Of a DNA stretch of 32,000 nucleotides, positions 1-9,154 are shown in pieces. Every line of letters begins with the position of its first letter. The first letter of the stretch is position 1. A program made the translations under genes and the position numbers. The stretch spans positions 2,406,881 through 2,438,880 of the forward strand of contig NZ_CP059566.1 of assembly GCF_014054945.1 (NCBI RefSeq), read 5' to 3'. The stretch is from Neisseria sicca (lineage in GTDB: Bacteria; Pseudomonadota; Gammaproteobacteria; Burkholderiales; Neisseriaceae). The notes below the pieces were generated by a model that was not told the DNA's origin, searched no databases, and was given only the letters and a program-made list of their open reading frames with translations.

Positions 1-49
1 CTGTCTGCGGCTTCGTCGCCTTGTCCTGATTTAAATTTAATCCACTATA
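1..49. repeat. Correia repeat-enclosed element (CREE), terminal fragment truncated by the window edge
   Basis: Bases 1-49 (ctgtctgcggcttcgtcgccttgtcctgatttaaatttaatccactata) are identical to the last 49 nt of the full copies at 11468-11624 and 21791-21947. The fragment ends in the TATA terminus, 93 nt upstream of the parC ATG. Confidence 0.9.
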
Positions 50-141
50 AAAAGATACGCGGCGAAACCATGCCCCGACATTTTTATTTTCATTCGCTAT
101 CCTTTACAATACCTTCCTTTATCTTTCATTCCAGCTTCCTT

Positions 142-2451
142 ATGAACGAACACGTTTCCGTCCCATCCCCCGTCGGCGAAGACTACCTTCTTTTGGGTCA
201 GTACGCCGAACGCGCCTATCTCGAATACGCTATGAGCGTGGTCAAAGGCCGCGCGCTGCCTGAAGTTTCAGACGGCCAGAAGCCCGTGCAGCGGCGCATT
301 TTGTTTGCCATGCGCGATATGGGGTTGACGGCGGGGGCGAAGCCGGTGAAATCGGCGCGCGTGGTCGGCGAGATTTTGGGTAAATACCACCCGCACGGCG
401 ACAGTTCCGCCTATGAAGCGATGGTGCGGATGGCGCAGGATTTTACTTTGCGCTACCCCTTAATCGACGGCATCGGCAACTTCGGTTCGCGCGACGGCGA
501 CGGGGCGGCGGCGATGCGTTACACCGAAGCGCGGCTCACGCCGATTGCGGAATTGCTGTTGTCCGAAATCAATCAGGGAACGGTGGATTTCGTGCCGAAC
601 TACGACGGCGCGTTTGACGAACCGCTGCACCTACCCGCCCGCCTGCCTATGGTATTGCTCAACGGTGCGTCAGGCATCGCGGTGGGCATGGCGACTGAAA
701 TTCCGTCGCACAATTTGAACGAAGTCACGCAGGCGGCGATTGCGCTGTTGAAGAAGCCGACGCTGGAAACTGCCGACCTGATGCAATACATCCCCGCGCC
801 TGATTTTGCCGGCGGCGGTCAAATCATCACGCCGGCGGACGAATTGCGCCGGATTTACGAAACCGGCAAGGGCAGCGTGCGCGTGCGTGCGCGTTACGAA
901 ATCGAGAAGCTGGCGCGCGGACAATGGCGCGTGATTGTGACCGAGCTGCCGCCGAACGCCAATTCCGCCAAAATCCTTGCCGAAATCGAAGAACAAACCA
1001 ACCCGAAACCGAAAGCGGGCAAAAAGCAGCTCAACCAAGACCAGCTCAACACCAAAAAGCTGATGTTGGATTTAATCGACCGCGTGCGCGACGAGTCCGA
1101 CGGCGAACATCCCGTGCGCCTGGTGTTCGAGCCGAAATCCAGCCGCATCGATACGGATACCTTCATCAACACCCTGATGGCGCAGACTTCGCTGGAAGGC
1201 AATGTGTCCATGAACTTGGTGATGATGGGACTGGACAACCGCCCCGCGCAGAAAAACCTGAAAACGATTTTGCAGGAATGGCTGGATTTCCGCGTCGTGA
1301 CCGTAACACGTCGTCTGAAATTCCGTTTGAACCAAGTGGAAAAACGGCTGCACATCCTTGAAGGTCGTTTGAAAGTCTTTCTGCACATTGACGAAGTGAT
1401 TAAAGTCATCCGCGAATCAGACGACCCGAAAACCGATTTGATGGCGGCGTTCGGGCTGACCGAAATCCAGGCCGAAGATATTTTGGAAATCCGCCTGCGC
1501 CAGTTGGCGCGTTTGGAAGGTTTCAAACTCGAAAAAGAATTGAACGAATTGCGCGAAGAACAAGGTCGTCTGAATATCCTTTTGGGCGATGAAAACGAAA
1601 AACGCAAGCTGATTATCAAAGAGATGCAGGCGGACATGAAGCAGTTCGGCGACGCGCGCCGCACGCTGGTGGAAGAAGCCGGACGCGCCGTGCTGACGCA
1701 AACCACCGCCGACGAACCCATCACGCTGATTCTGTCGGAAAAAGGGTGGATACGCAGCCGGGCCGGACACAACCTTGATTTGAGCCAAACCGCATTCAAA
1801 GAAGGCGACCGCCTCAAGCAAACCCTTGAAGGCCGCACTGTTTTACCCGTTGTCATCCTCGATTCATTGGGCAGAACCTACACGCTCGATGCCGCCGAAA
1901 TCCCAGGCGGACGCGGCGACGGCGTGCCGGTTTCATCGTTAATCGAGCTGCAAAACGGCGCGAAACCCGTCGCCATGCTCACCGGACAGCCCGAACAGCA
2001 CTACCTGCTCTCAGGCAGCGGCGGCTACGGCTTTATCACCAAGCTGGGCGATATGGTCGGACGCGTGAAAGCGGGCAAAGTGGTGATGACTGTGGACAGC
2101 GGCGAAACCGTCCTGCCGCCGATTGCGGTTTATGCCTCCTCGCTCATCAACCCCGACTGCAAAATCGTACTGGCCAGCAGTGACCACCGCCTCTTGGCGT
2201 TTTCCATCGGCGAACTCAAAGTCATGCCCAAAGGGCGCGGTTTGCAGTTGATGTCGCTGACCGAAGGCGCATCGCTGGAACACGTTCTCGTAACCACGGC
2301 TGCGGAATTCATCGTTGAAACCGTCGGCAAGCGCGGTGCGGCGCATCAGGAAAAATTGCGCATTTGCGATATCGAGGGCAAACGCGGCAAAAAAGGGAAG
2401 GTTTTGGACATCTCAGGTCGTCTGAAAACCTTATCCGCAGCTTCCGAATAA
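142..2451 (+). CDS. parC: DNA topoisomerase IV subunit A (ParC)
   Basis: Long ORF 70-2451 with type IIA topoisomerase A-subunit signatures: [22 protein letters not shown] (QRDR) and [10 protein letters not shown] (catalytic Tyr). The ~770-aa size and the [12 protein letters not shown] motif match neisserial ParC rather than GyrA. Start is placed at ATG 142 (MNEHVSV) because 70-141 adds a non-conserved hydrophobic leader abutting the CREE end. With this start the QRDR numbering is within one residue of gonococcal ParC as I recall it. Confidence 0.9.
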   Translation: MNEHVSVPSPVGEDYLLLGQYAERAYLEYAMSVVKGRALPEVSDGQKPVQRRILFAMRDMGLTAGAKPVKSARVVGEILGKYHPHGDSSAYEAMVRMAQDFTLRYPLIDGIGNFGSRDGDGAAAMRYTEARLTPIAELLLSEINQGTVDFVPNYDGAFDEPLHLPARLPMVLLNGASGIAVGMATEIPSHNLNEVTQAAIALLKKPTLETADLMQYIPAPDFAGGGQIITPADELRRIYETGKGSVRVRARYEIEKLARGQWRVIVTELPPNANSAKILAEIEEQTNPKPKAGKKQLNQDQLNTKKLMLDLIDRVRDESDGEHPVRLVFEPKSSRIDTDTFINTLMAQTSLEGNVSMNLVMMGLDNRPAQKNLKTILQEWLDFRVVTVTRRLKFRLNQVEKRLHILEGRLKVFLHIDEVIKVIRESDDPKTDLMAAFGLTEIQAEDILEIRLRQLARLEGFKLEKELNELREEQGRLNILLGDENEKRKLIIKEMQADMKQFGDARRTLVEEAGRAVLTQTTADEPITLILSEKGWIRSRAGHNLDLSQTAFKEGDRLKQTLEGRTVLPVVILDSLGRTYTLDAAEIPGGRGDGVPVSSLIELQNGAKPVAMLTGQPEQHYLLSGSGGYGFITKLGDMVGRVKAGKVVMTVDSGETVLPPIAVYASSLINPDCKIVLASSDHRLLAFSIGELKVMPKGRGLQLMSLTEGASLEHVLVTTAAEFIVETVGKRGAAHQEKLRICDIEGKRGKKGKVLDISGRLKTLSAASE

Positions 2452-2615
2452 GCAACAGAGGAAACGATAACACATTGAAAACCTAGAAAACACGGTCGTT
2501 TTATGTTATGCTGACAAAATTAAAAAAATATTTACGACCGTCTGCGGAAATATTGCAGAACGATTTCAAAAACAGGTACTAATAATGATAAAAATAAACA
2601 AAAAGGGTTGCGGAT

Positions 2616-4205
2616 ATGAGTAAGTCCGGCTTTCAGGAACTGGGAAACCTGAGCGAGCGGATACCCGGTTTAATCAATATTGCCCGCATTGCCATCGTGC
2701 TGCCGCTGTTGGTCATGCATGCTTTCGGCGTTTACAGTAATGGCACCCATATCGGCATGTCATTCCCCCCCGTCGAATTTTACAGCTGGGCAGCGCTGTA
2801 TTCTTTCCTCATCTTGTTATCCGTCGCCCGTCCGGACTGGCAATGGCAGACTTTGGATTTGCCCAATGCCAGCGCAGTCGTCGATATTTCGATGATGATG
2901 ATACTGGTGTATATCGCTGGCGGAGTCGATTCGGGCTTCGGCATCCTTGTCCTTCCTTTCGTCGCGACGTCCTGCCTCCTCAGCTACGGGCATTATCCCA
3001 TGCTGTACGCGGGCTACGCGTCTATGCTGTTCTTCTTCAATCTGCTGCTCGACGGCAGCATCCGCCTGCATCCGTTTGATTGGGATACACAACCCCTGAT
3101 TACTACGGTCCTGCTCTGCGGCGCGTGTTACCTTGTCGCCATGCTGACTTCGTTCGCTGCCCGCTATCTGGAGCAGGCGACCGAATCTGCCAGCCGCCAT
3201 CAGCTTGCCTACCGCCGCATCAGCGGGTTGAACCGCCTCGTTCTCAACCGCGTGCAGGAAGCCGTTATCGTCATCGACAGTACCCAGCGCGTCTGGCTTT
3301 TCAACAAACAGGCAAAAACCTATTTCCCCGGTTTGGTGGTTGACCAGCAGGAAGTCGTGTTCGGCGAATTGGTTACACGCTGGCAATATCATCCCGACAA
3401 ACCGTTTGAAACCGATATCCACATCTTCCAACACGCCATGCACGTCCGCGCCGTCCCGCTGATTCAGGAACAGACGGAACTGCTCATGCTGTATGTCCGT
3501 TCGCTGCGCGAAGTCGCGGCAGAGGCTATGTCTACCAAGCTCACTTCGCTCGGACAGCTTACCGCGAACCTCGCCCACGAAATCCGCAATCCGATGTCCG
3601 CCATCCGTCACGCCAGCGATTTGCTGCAAGAAAGTGATGACGATGCTGAACCCGATCCCGTTAAGGCCAAGCTTTGCGGCATCATCGACAGCAACATCCA
3701 GCGCATCGACAAAATGTTGGAAGACATCTCCCTGCTCAACAAACGCGACAACATCAGCCGCGAGCCGATTAACCTGATGAAATTCTGGCTCGACTTCAAA
3801 CAAGAGTTCACACTCAACAATTCCGAAGCCATCGGCTGCCTGCGCATGAACATGGACGGCAACAACCTTACCGTCCTCGCTGATGTGATGCACATCCAAC
3901 AAATCATGTGGAACCTCTGCAATAACGCATGGAGGCACAGCCGTCAGGACGAGAATGCGATTACCGTCCTGATCCGTCCCAGCGGCAGAATGCACATTTC
4001 CATCGTCGTTGCCGATAACGGCAAAGGCATTTCGCCCGAAGTCCGCAACCATCTCTTTGAGCCGTTCTACACCACTGAAAAACAGGGTACGGGATTGGGA
4101 TTGTACGTTGCCCGCGAACTGGCACACGCCAATATGGGTCAACTCCATTACCACCCCGAAATGAACGGATTCGAACTGATTTTACCGAGAGAACACAATG
4201 AGTAA
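2616..4205 (+). CDS. pilS: PilS-type sensor histidine kinase (multi-TM N-terminus, PAS-like linker, HisKA + HATPase_c)
   Basis: 529 aa. The N-terminal ~190 aa form about six hydrophobic helices including the PilS-like AGGVDSGFGILVLPF segment. H-box LTANLAHEIRNPMSAI; N-box WNLCNNAWRH; G-boxes DNGKGI and GTGLGL. It overlaps the downstream response regulator by 8 nt (ATG 4198, stop 4205). Confidence 0.8.
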   Translation: MSKSGFQELGNLSERIPGLINIARIAIVLPLLVMHAFGVYSNGTHIGMSFPPVEFYSWAALYSFLILLSVARPDWQWQTLDLPNASAVVDISMMMILVYIAGGVDSGFGILVLPFVATSCLLSYGHYPMLYAGYASMLFFFNLLLDGSIRLHPFDWDTQPLITTVLLCGACYLVAMLTSFAARYLEQATESASRHQLAYRRISGLNRLVLNRVQEAVIVIDSTQRVWLFNKQAKTYFPGLVVDQQEVVFGELVTRWQYHPDKPFETDIHIFQHAMHVRAVPLIQEQTELLMLYVRSLREVAAEAMSTKLTSLGQLTANLAHEIRNPMSAIRHASDLLQESDDDAEPDPVKAKLCGIIDSNIQRIDKMLEDISLLNKRDNISREPINLMKFWLDFKQEFTLNNSEAIGCLRMNMDGNNLTVLADVMHIQQIMWNLCNNAWRHSRQDENAITVLIRPSGRMHISIVVADNGKGISPEVRNHLFEPFYTTEKQGTGLGLYVARELAHANMGQLHYHPEMNGFELILPREHNE

Positions 4206-5802
4206 GCTGCAAGACCCAGTATTGGTCGTCGACGACGAGGCCGACATCCGTGACTTGATGGAAATGACGCTGATGAAGATGGGGTTGCGCGTGCAGACCG
4301 CCGTCGGCGTAGAAGATGCCAAAGACAAGCTCGACAACAACGACTATTCCCTCGTCTTGACCGATATGCGGATGCCCGACGGCTCCGGCCTCGAAGTCGT
4401 CCAATACATAGACGAACTCATGCTCGACACCCCTGTCGCCGTCATTACCGCCTTCGGTAATGCCGATCAGGCGGTCGAAGCCCTTAATGCGGGCGCGTTC
4501 GACTACCTGCAAAAGCCGATTACCCTTTCCCAACTTCGCTCGTTGGTTAAATCCGCCGTCTCTGTTTCCAACAGCACCGATGAAATTGCCCAGCCGCCGA
4601 CTGAAAAACCGTCCGCGCCCGTCGCAGCCGCATTCAACAAGCCTAAAACCCCGCCCAAACCGCCCAAACGCGACTTGAGCGGTTCTGTCTCCGTGCCCGA
4701 AAGCCTGCGTTCCATGAAAGAACGCTTTGCCACCGGCGAAATCGCCATGCGTGCGAACGAAGACGTGCCCGAATTGGGCGGCGAAGAAGATATGCCGCGG
4801 CTGCTCGGCAGTTCGCCCCAAATGGTCGAAGTCCGCCACCTGATCCGCCGCCTCGCCCGCAGCGGCGTGCCCGTTTATATTTCCGGCGAATCGGGTACCG
4901 GTAAAGAACAGGCTGCGCGTACCATCCACGAATTGTCCGATCGCGCCGACAAGCCCTTTATCGCCGTCAACTGCGGCGCAATTCCTGAAAACCTGATGGA
5001 AAGCGAATTCTTCGGCTACAAGAAAGGCAGCTTTACCGGCGCCGACCAAGACCGTCTCGGCTTCTTCCAGCATGCCGACGGCGGCACGCTGTTCCTCGAC
5101 GAAGTTGCCGACTTGCCGCTAGCCATGCAAGTCAAACTCCTGCGCGCCATCCAAGAAAAAGCTGTGCGCCGCATCGGTGATGCCCGCGAAACTTTCGTCG
5201 ATGTCCGCATCATCTGCGCCACCCACAAAAACCTCGAAGCCCTTGTTGACAGCGGTGCATTCCGTCAAGACTTATATTACCGCCTCAACGTCGTTACCCT
5301 GCATATGCCGCCCCTGCGCGAAATGCGTGAAGACTTGGGGGCGCTGATTCTGTACCTGCTCTATAAACACCGCCACGGTACGCAAACCTACAAACTCAGT
5401 CCCAAAGCGCAAGAAGCCCTGCTGCATTACAGCTATCCCGGCAACTTCCGCGAACTCGAAAACATCCTCGAACGCGCCGTCGCCCTGACTGTCGGACAAG
5501 TTATCCAGTTGGATGATTTACAAATCCAAAACACGACGGCCCCCAAAAACGACCATCCAAACCTCGGTCTTGACGACATCGCCGATTCCGAAACACGAAA
5601 AGGTGAAACGTTGGATCACCAACCGCTTCCTCCGTTTGACCCGCGCACCATGCAGATTCAAGATTACCTTGACCAAATCGAGCGCGGCATTATCGAACAA
5701 GCGTTGCAGCAAACCCGTTACAACCGCACTCAGGCAGCCAAGCTTTTGGGCATCAGCTTCCGCTCCATGCGCTACCGTATGGAACGTTTGGACATCAATT
5801 AA
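4198..5802 (+). CDS. pilR: PilR/NtrC-family sigma-54-dependent response regulator (REC + AAA+ + Fis-type HTH)
   Basis: 534 aa. Receiver domain (VVDDEADIRDL...LTDMRMPDGSG...KP). AAA+ Walker A GESGTGKE, sigma-54 contact loop GYKKGSFTGA, Walker B LFLDEVAD, and FRQDLYYRLNV. C-terminal HTH is RYNRTQAAKLLGISFRSMRYRMERL. It is collinear with P. aeruginosa PilR as I remember it, except for a long extra linker. Confidence 0.85.
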   Translation: MSKLQDPVLVVDDEADIRDLMEMTLMKMGLRVQTAVGVEDAKDKLDNNDYSLVLTDMRMPDGSGLEVVQYIDELMLDTPVAVITAFGNADQAVEALNAGAFDYLQKPITLSQLRSLVKSAVSVSNSTDEIAQPPTEKPSAPVAAAFNKPKTPPKPPKRDLSGSVSVPESLRSMKERFATGEIAMRANEDVPELGGEEDMPRLLGSSPQMVEVRHLIRRLARSGVPVYISGESGTGKEQAARTIHELSDRADKPFIAVNCGAIPENLMESEFFGYKKGSFTGADQDRLGFFQHADGGTLFLDEVADLPLAMQVKLLRAIQEKAVRRIGDARETFVDVRIICATHKNLEALVDSGAFRQDLYYRLNVVTLHMPPLREMREDLGALILYLLYKHRHGTQTYKLSPKAQEALLHYSYPGNFRELENILERAVALTVGQVIQLDDLQIQNTTAPKNDHPNLGLDDIADSETRKGETLDHQPLPPFDPRTMQIQDYLDQIERGIIEQALQQTRYNRTQAAKLLGISFRSMRYRMERLDIN

Positions 5803-5864
5803 GCTTGCACTTTGCATTGTCTGAACGGTTAGGAAGCAAGCCCCGAAGATGTGTTTCAAATCTC

Positions 5865-5905
5865 AAACCGCGTATCTGCCATTCAGTCGGATACGCGGTT
5901 TTTGG
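5865..5905 (+). terminator. Rho-independent terminator after pilR
   Basis: 12-bp perfect stem aaaccgcgtatc (5865-5876) / gatacgcggttt (5890-5901), 13-nt loop, T-run ggttttt running out of the 3' arm. Confidence 0.75.
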
Positions 5906-5921
5906 CGTTCGTTGTGTGCAG

Positions 5922-5949
5922 GGGTCGTCTGAAAATTTTCAGACGACCT
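5922..5949. terminator. Inverted DUS pair (hairpin)
   Basis: gggtcgtctgaa (5922-5933) and ttcagacgacct (5938-5949) form a near-perfect palindrome, ggtcgtctgaaaattttcagacgacc. Confidence 0.6.
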
Positions 5950-5986
5950 CTCTGTTTTAGGGGATTTGTGGATAAATACGGTTGAA

Positions 5987-6144
5987 TATAGTGGATTAAC
6001 TTTAAATCAGGACAAGGCGACGAAGCCGCAGACAGTACAAGATAGTACGGAACCGATTCACTTGGTGCTTCAGCACCTTAGAGAATCGTTCTCTTTGAGC
6101 TAAGGCGAGGCAACGCCGTACTGGTTTAAAGTTAATTCACTATA
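5987..6144. mobile_element. Correia repeat-enclosed element (complete, 158 bp, opposite orientation to the other copies)
   Basis: Begins tatagtggattaac and ends gttaattcactata. Its reverse complement matches the 11468-11624 copy except for a 1-nt indel (ctatcttgtactg vs ctatctgtactg) and one substitution in the terminal repeat. It has the typical TATA-bounded terminal inverted repeats. Confidence 0.9.
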
Positions 6145-6363
6145 AAATGGTGGCGACAATCACGCCTGTAATATTGTGTTGTAAAGCCGTCAGTCCGACG
6201 CTTTGCCTACCGCCGTCCATATCTGAGCAAACTATCAAAAAAACGCCGAAATCTTTATAATTCGGCACATATCCTATTTTTCAGACGACCTATCTCCGAT
6301 AGCGCATCCTTTTGTGGATTAGTTGTGGATAAGTTTGTTCTGACCCCTTTCCAGGAATACCTT

Positions 6364-7014
6364 ATGATCCGTTTCGAACAAGTTTCCAAAACCTATCCCG
6401 GCGGTTTTGAAGCCCTGAAAAACGTCAGCTTCCAAATCAAAAAAGGCGAAATGATATTTATCGCCGGCCATTCCGGCTCCGGCAAGTCCACTATCCTCAA
6501 GCTGATTTCCGGTATTACCAAACCCAGCAAAGGCAAAGTGTGGTTCAACAACCAAGACTTGGGCGAATTGAGCGACAACCAAATCGGCTTCATGCGCCAA
6601 CATATCGGCATCGTGTTCCAAGACCACAAAATCCTCTATGACCGCAACGTCCTGCAAAACGTCATCCTGCCGCTGCGGATTATCGGTTATCAGCCGCGCA
6701 AAGCCGAAGAACGCGCCCGCATCGCCATTGAAAAAGTCGGCTTGAAAGGCCGCGAATTGGACGATCCCGTGACCCTCTCAGGCGGCGAACAGCAACGCTT
6801 GTGTATCGCCCGCGCCGTCGTCCACCAACCCAGCCTCCTGATTGCCGACGAACCCTCCGCCAACCTCGACCGCGCCTACGCGCTCGACATCATGGAATTG
6901 TTCAAAACCTTCCACGAAGCAGGAACCACCGTCATCGTCGCCGCCCATGACGAAACCCTCATGGCAGACTACGGCCACCGCATCCTGCGCCTCTCGAAAG
7001 GACGACTCGCATGA
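6364..7014 (+). CDS. ftsE: Cell division ABC transporter ATP-binding protein FtsE
   Basis: Walker A GHSGSGKST, ABC signature LSGGEQQR, Walker B LLIADEP. Stop overlaps the ftsX start (ATGA at 7011-7014). Start is placed at ATG 6364 (MIRFEQVSK) behind the aggaa RBS. The track start at 6325 is a GTG adding 13 non-conserved residues. Confidence 0.9.
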   Translation: MIRFEQVSKTYPGGFEALKNVSFQIKKGEMIFIAGHSGSGKSTILKLISGITKPSKGKVWFNNQDLGELSDNQIGFMRQHIGIVFQDHKILYDRNVLQNVILPLRIIGYQPRKAEERARIAIEKVGLKGRELDDPVTLSGGEQQRLCIARAVVHQPSLLIADEPSANLDRAYALDIMELFKTFHEAGTTVIVAAHDETLMADYGHRILRLSKGRLA

Positions 7015-7928
7015 GCATCATTCACTACGTCTCGCTGCACGTCGAATCTGCGCGCACTGCGCTCAAACAGCTCCTGCGCCAGCCCGTCGGCACGCTGCTC
7101 ACCCTGCTGATGCTCGCCGTCGCCATGACCCTGCCGCTTTTCATGTATTTGGCCATCCAAAGCGGGCAAAGCGTTTTAGGCAAGCTCAACGAGTCGCCGC
7201 AAATCACGCTCTATATGGAAACCGACGCCTCCAAAGCTGACAGCGATACCGTCCGCAATCTGTTGGAACGTGATGCCCGCCTCAACAAAATCCGTTTCAT
7301 CAGCAAGCAGGAAGGCTTGGAAGAGCTGCAATCCAACCTCGATCAAAACCTCGTTTCCATGCTCGACGGCAACCCCTTGCCCGACGCATTTATCGTAACG
7401 CCCGATCCCGCTACACCGCCCGCACAAATGCAGGCGATTTATCAGGATATGGTCAAGCTGCCCATGGTCGAATCCGCCACCATGGACACCGAATGGGTGC
7501 AAACGCTGTATCAAATCAACGAGTTCATCCGCAAAATTTTATGGTTTCTTTCACTGACGCTGGGCATGGCGTTCGTCCTTGTCGCGCACAACACCATCCG
7601 TCTGCAAATCCTCAGCCGCAAAGAAGAAATCGAAATCACCAAGCTGCTCGGCGCGCCCGCATCGTTCATCCGCCGCCCCTTCCTCTATCAAGCCATGTGG
7701 CAGAGTATCTTCTCCGCCGCCGTCAGCTTGGGGCTGTGCGGTTGGCTGCTCTCCGCCGTGCGCCCGTTGGTCGATGCCATCTTCAAACCCTACGGACTCA
7801 ATATCGGCTGGCGTTTCTTCCATTTCAGTGAAGTTTCGCTGGTGTTTGGCTTCGTCATCGCCCTAGGCGTCTTCGGCGCATGGCTTGCCACCACGCAACA
7901 TCTGCTGGGCTTTAGAGCCAAGAAATAA
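7011..7928 (+). CDS. ftsX: Cell division permease-like protein FtsX
   Basis: 305 aa, translationally coupled to ftsE. One N-terminal TM, a periplasmic domain and three C-terminal TMs. Canonical ftsEX gene pair. Confidence 0.88.
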   Translation: MSIIHYVSLHVESARTALKQLLRQPVGTLLTLLMLAVAMTLPLFMYLAIQSGQSVLGKLNESPQITLYMETDASKADSDTVRNLLERDARLNKIRFISKQEGLEELQSNLDQNLVSMLDGNPLPDAFIVTPDPATPPAQMQAIYQDMVKLPMVESATMDTEWVQTLYQINEFIRKILWFLSLTLGMAFVLVAHNTIRLQILSRKEEIEITKLLGAPASFIRRPFLYQAMWQSIFSAAVSLGLCGWLLSAVRPLVDAIFKPYGLNIGWRFFHFSEVSLVFGFVIALGVFGAWLATTQHLLGFRAKK

Positions 7929-7954
7929 AATCATTGGATTGAAGTAAAGGCAAA

Positions 7955-7993
7955 AGGTCGACTGAAACTCTAAAACAAGGTTTCAGACGACCT
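7955..7993. terminator. Inverted DUS pair after ftsX (one arm degenerate)
   Basis: aggtcgActgaa (7955-7966, one mismatch) and ttcagacgacct (7982-7993), 27 nt after the ftsX stop, followed by tttg. Confidence 0.55.
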
Positions 7994-8027
7994 TTGATTA
8001 GTGCCATTTATCGTATAAGGAAATAAT

Positions 8028-8567
8028 ATGCAGGGCAAGCTACTGCCACTCGACTATCACATAGGTTTGAGAAAATCTTTAAGAAGGGTGGCGCTCATAC
8101 TGTTCATTTTATCCTTGTGTTTGCCCGCTGTAGGCGGAGCGATAGGTTTGGTAATTTGGATGACAGGTTTGACTGTTTTTTGGTATCCGGCGAGCTGGCC
8201 TACATTTGCCAATGTGATTTTTTTTGTTTTATATATCAGATTGAAGGATGATAAAGAAACCTTATATTTGTTCCCCTGTTTAATGTTAATCTTGATGATA
8301 CCGGGGTCGATATTTGTGTTACCCGGTGTATTTGGTTGGGGATATGTGGTTTGGGTGATGTCGGGTATGCTTTTATGTGCAGATTGGCTGTGTAGCCTTA
8401 TGCCGCACAAACAGCGTCTGATTGTCAGGTTGGCAATCATGGTTTGTCTGATATGGGCTGCCGGCTTAATAGGGCTTGGGCAGTATCAGCAAAACTCAAA
8501 CGATCAGGATATCTTTGAAGATCTCTATTTCAGTGTGTTTTACAATCCGTTAGGTATTATGAGATAA
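8028..8567 (+). CDS. Hypothetical polytopic membrane protein (low-GC orphan)
   Basis: 179-aa ORF with an ATG start preceded by taaggaaataat. About five hydrophobic helices and no recognisable motif. Visibly more AT-rich than its neighbours. Confidence 0.55.
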   Translation: MQGKLLPLDYHIGLRKSLRRVALILFILSLCLPAVGGAIGLVIWMTGLTVFWYPASWPTFANVIFFVLYIRLKDDKETLYLFPCLMLILMIPGSIFVLPGVFGWGYVVWVMSGMLLCADWLCSLMPHKQRLIVRLAIMVCLIWAAGLIGLGQYQQNSNDQDIFEDLYFSVFYNPLGIMR

Positions 8568-8774
8568 GTTTCGTATCAGCATTGAAAAGACAAAAAACGG
8601 GGGCAACCATGTTTGAAGGCTTTTTGAGATTGGACGGTTTACGATGGGGTTTTGATTAACACTGATGGGTCGAATTTTGGTTTAAACTATTTGAAATCAT
8701 AAGGTTGTTGGAATTGATTTTACCGTTTTGAATTTGAATGGTTAATGAATTGCTAAAATTGGGTGACAAATAGC

Positions 8775-8803
8775 TTGACAGCGTTTCCAAGTGTCTGTAT
8801 AGT
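8775..8803 (+). promoter_or_regulatory. Sigma-70 promoter of the tRNA-fMet gene
   Basis: TTGACA (8775-8780), 17-nt spacer, TATAGT (8798-8803), 12 nt before the tRNA 5' end. An AT-rich UP-like tract lies upstream. Confidence 0.7.
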
Positions 8804-8815
8804 TCTACTTTCTGA

Positions 8816-8892
<77 letters not shown>

Positions 8893-8900
8893 AATTTTCA

Positions 8901-8927
8901 AACCCTCGGTTCTACCGAGGGTTTTTT
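8901..8927 (+). terminator. Rho-independent terminator of tRNA-fMet
   Basis: Stem aaccctcgg (8901-8909) / ccgagggtt (8915-8923), 5-nt loop, T6 run. Confidence 0.8.
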
Positions 8928-8970
8928 CTTGGCTTGATTGCCGGGGTAAGTGAATCCCTATACCTTAAGA

Positions 8971-9010
8971 AGGTCGTCTGAAAACTTGATGTTCGGGTTT
9001 TCAGACGACT
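8971..9010. terminator. Inverted DUS pair
   Basis: aggtcgtctgaa (8971-8982) and ttcagacgact (9000-9010). Confidence 0.55.
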
Positions 9011-9026
9011 TTTGTTTTCAATCATT

Positions 9027-9097
9027 TTCGTGGACAGAGTCCACGCTACGGCAATTGTGTTGCCAACAAACTTTGTAGCGTGGGCTTCGCCCACGAA
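9027..9097. repeat. Compound palindromic intergenic repeat (two GC-rich mini-hairpins in inverted orientation)
   Basis: ttcgtggacagagtccacgctac ... gtagcgtgggcttcgcccacgaa. Each arm is itself a hairpin (cgtggac-aga-gtccacg and cgtgggc-ttc-gcccacg), and the two arms are imperfect inverted copies of each other. Resembles REP/NIME-type neisserial intergenic repeats. Confidence 0.6.
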
Positions 9098-9154
9098 TCG
9101 CTAAACATTTCAGACGACCTTTCCTACACCTTCCCACATCGGCAATATCAGGCT

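Noticed and set aside
70-141. Upstream ATG at 70 as the parC start
   Set aside because: It adds 24 hydrophobic, non-conserved residues beginning 21 nt from the CREE end. ATG 142 gives QRDR numbering consistent with neisserial ParC.
894-1856. 320-aa minus-strand ORF (and other 60-145 aa ORFs) inside parC
   Set aside because: Antisense or alternative-frame shadow of a well-supported gene. Ser/Arg-rich low-complexity translation, no RBS.
2817-5073. Long minus-strand ORFs 2817-4154 (445 aa) and 3961-5073 (370 aa) opposite pilS/pilR
   Set aside because: Shadow ORFs typical of GC3-rich coding DNA. The translations lack motifs, whereas the plus-strand products carry complete kinase and AAA+ signatures.
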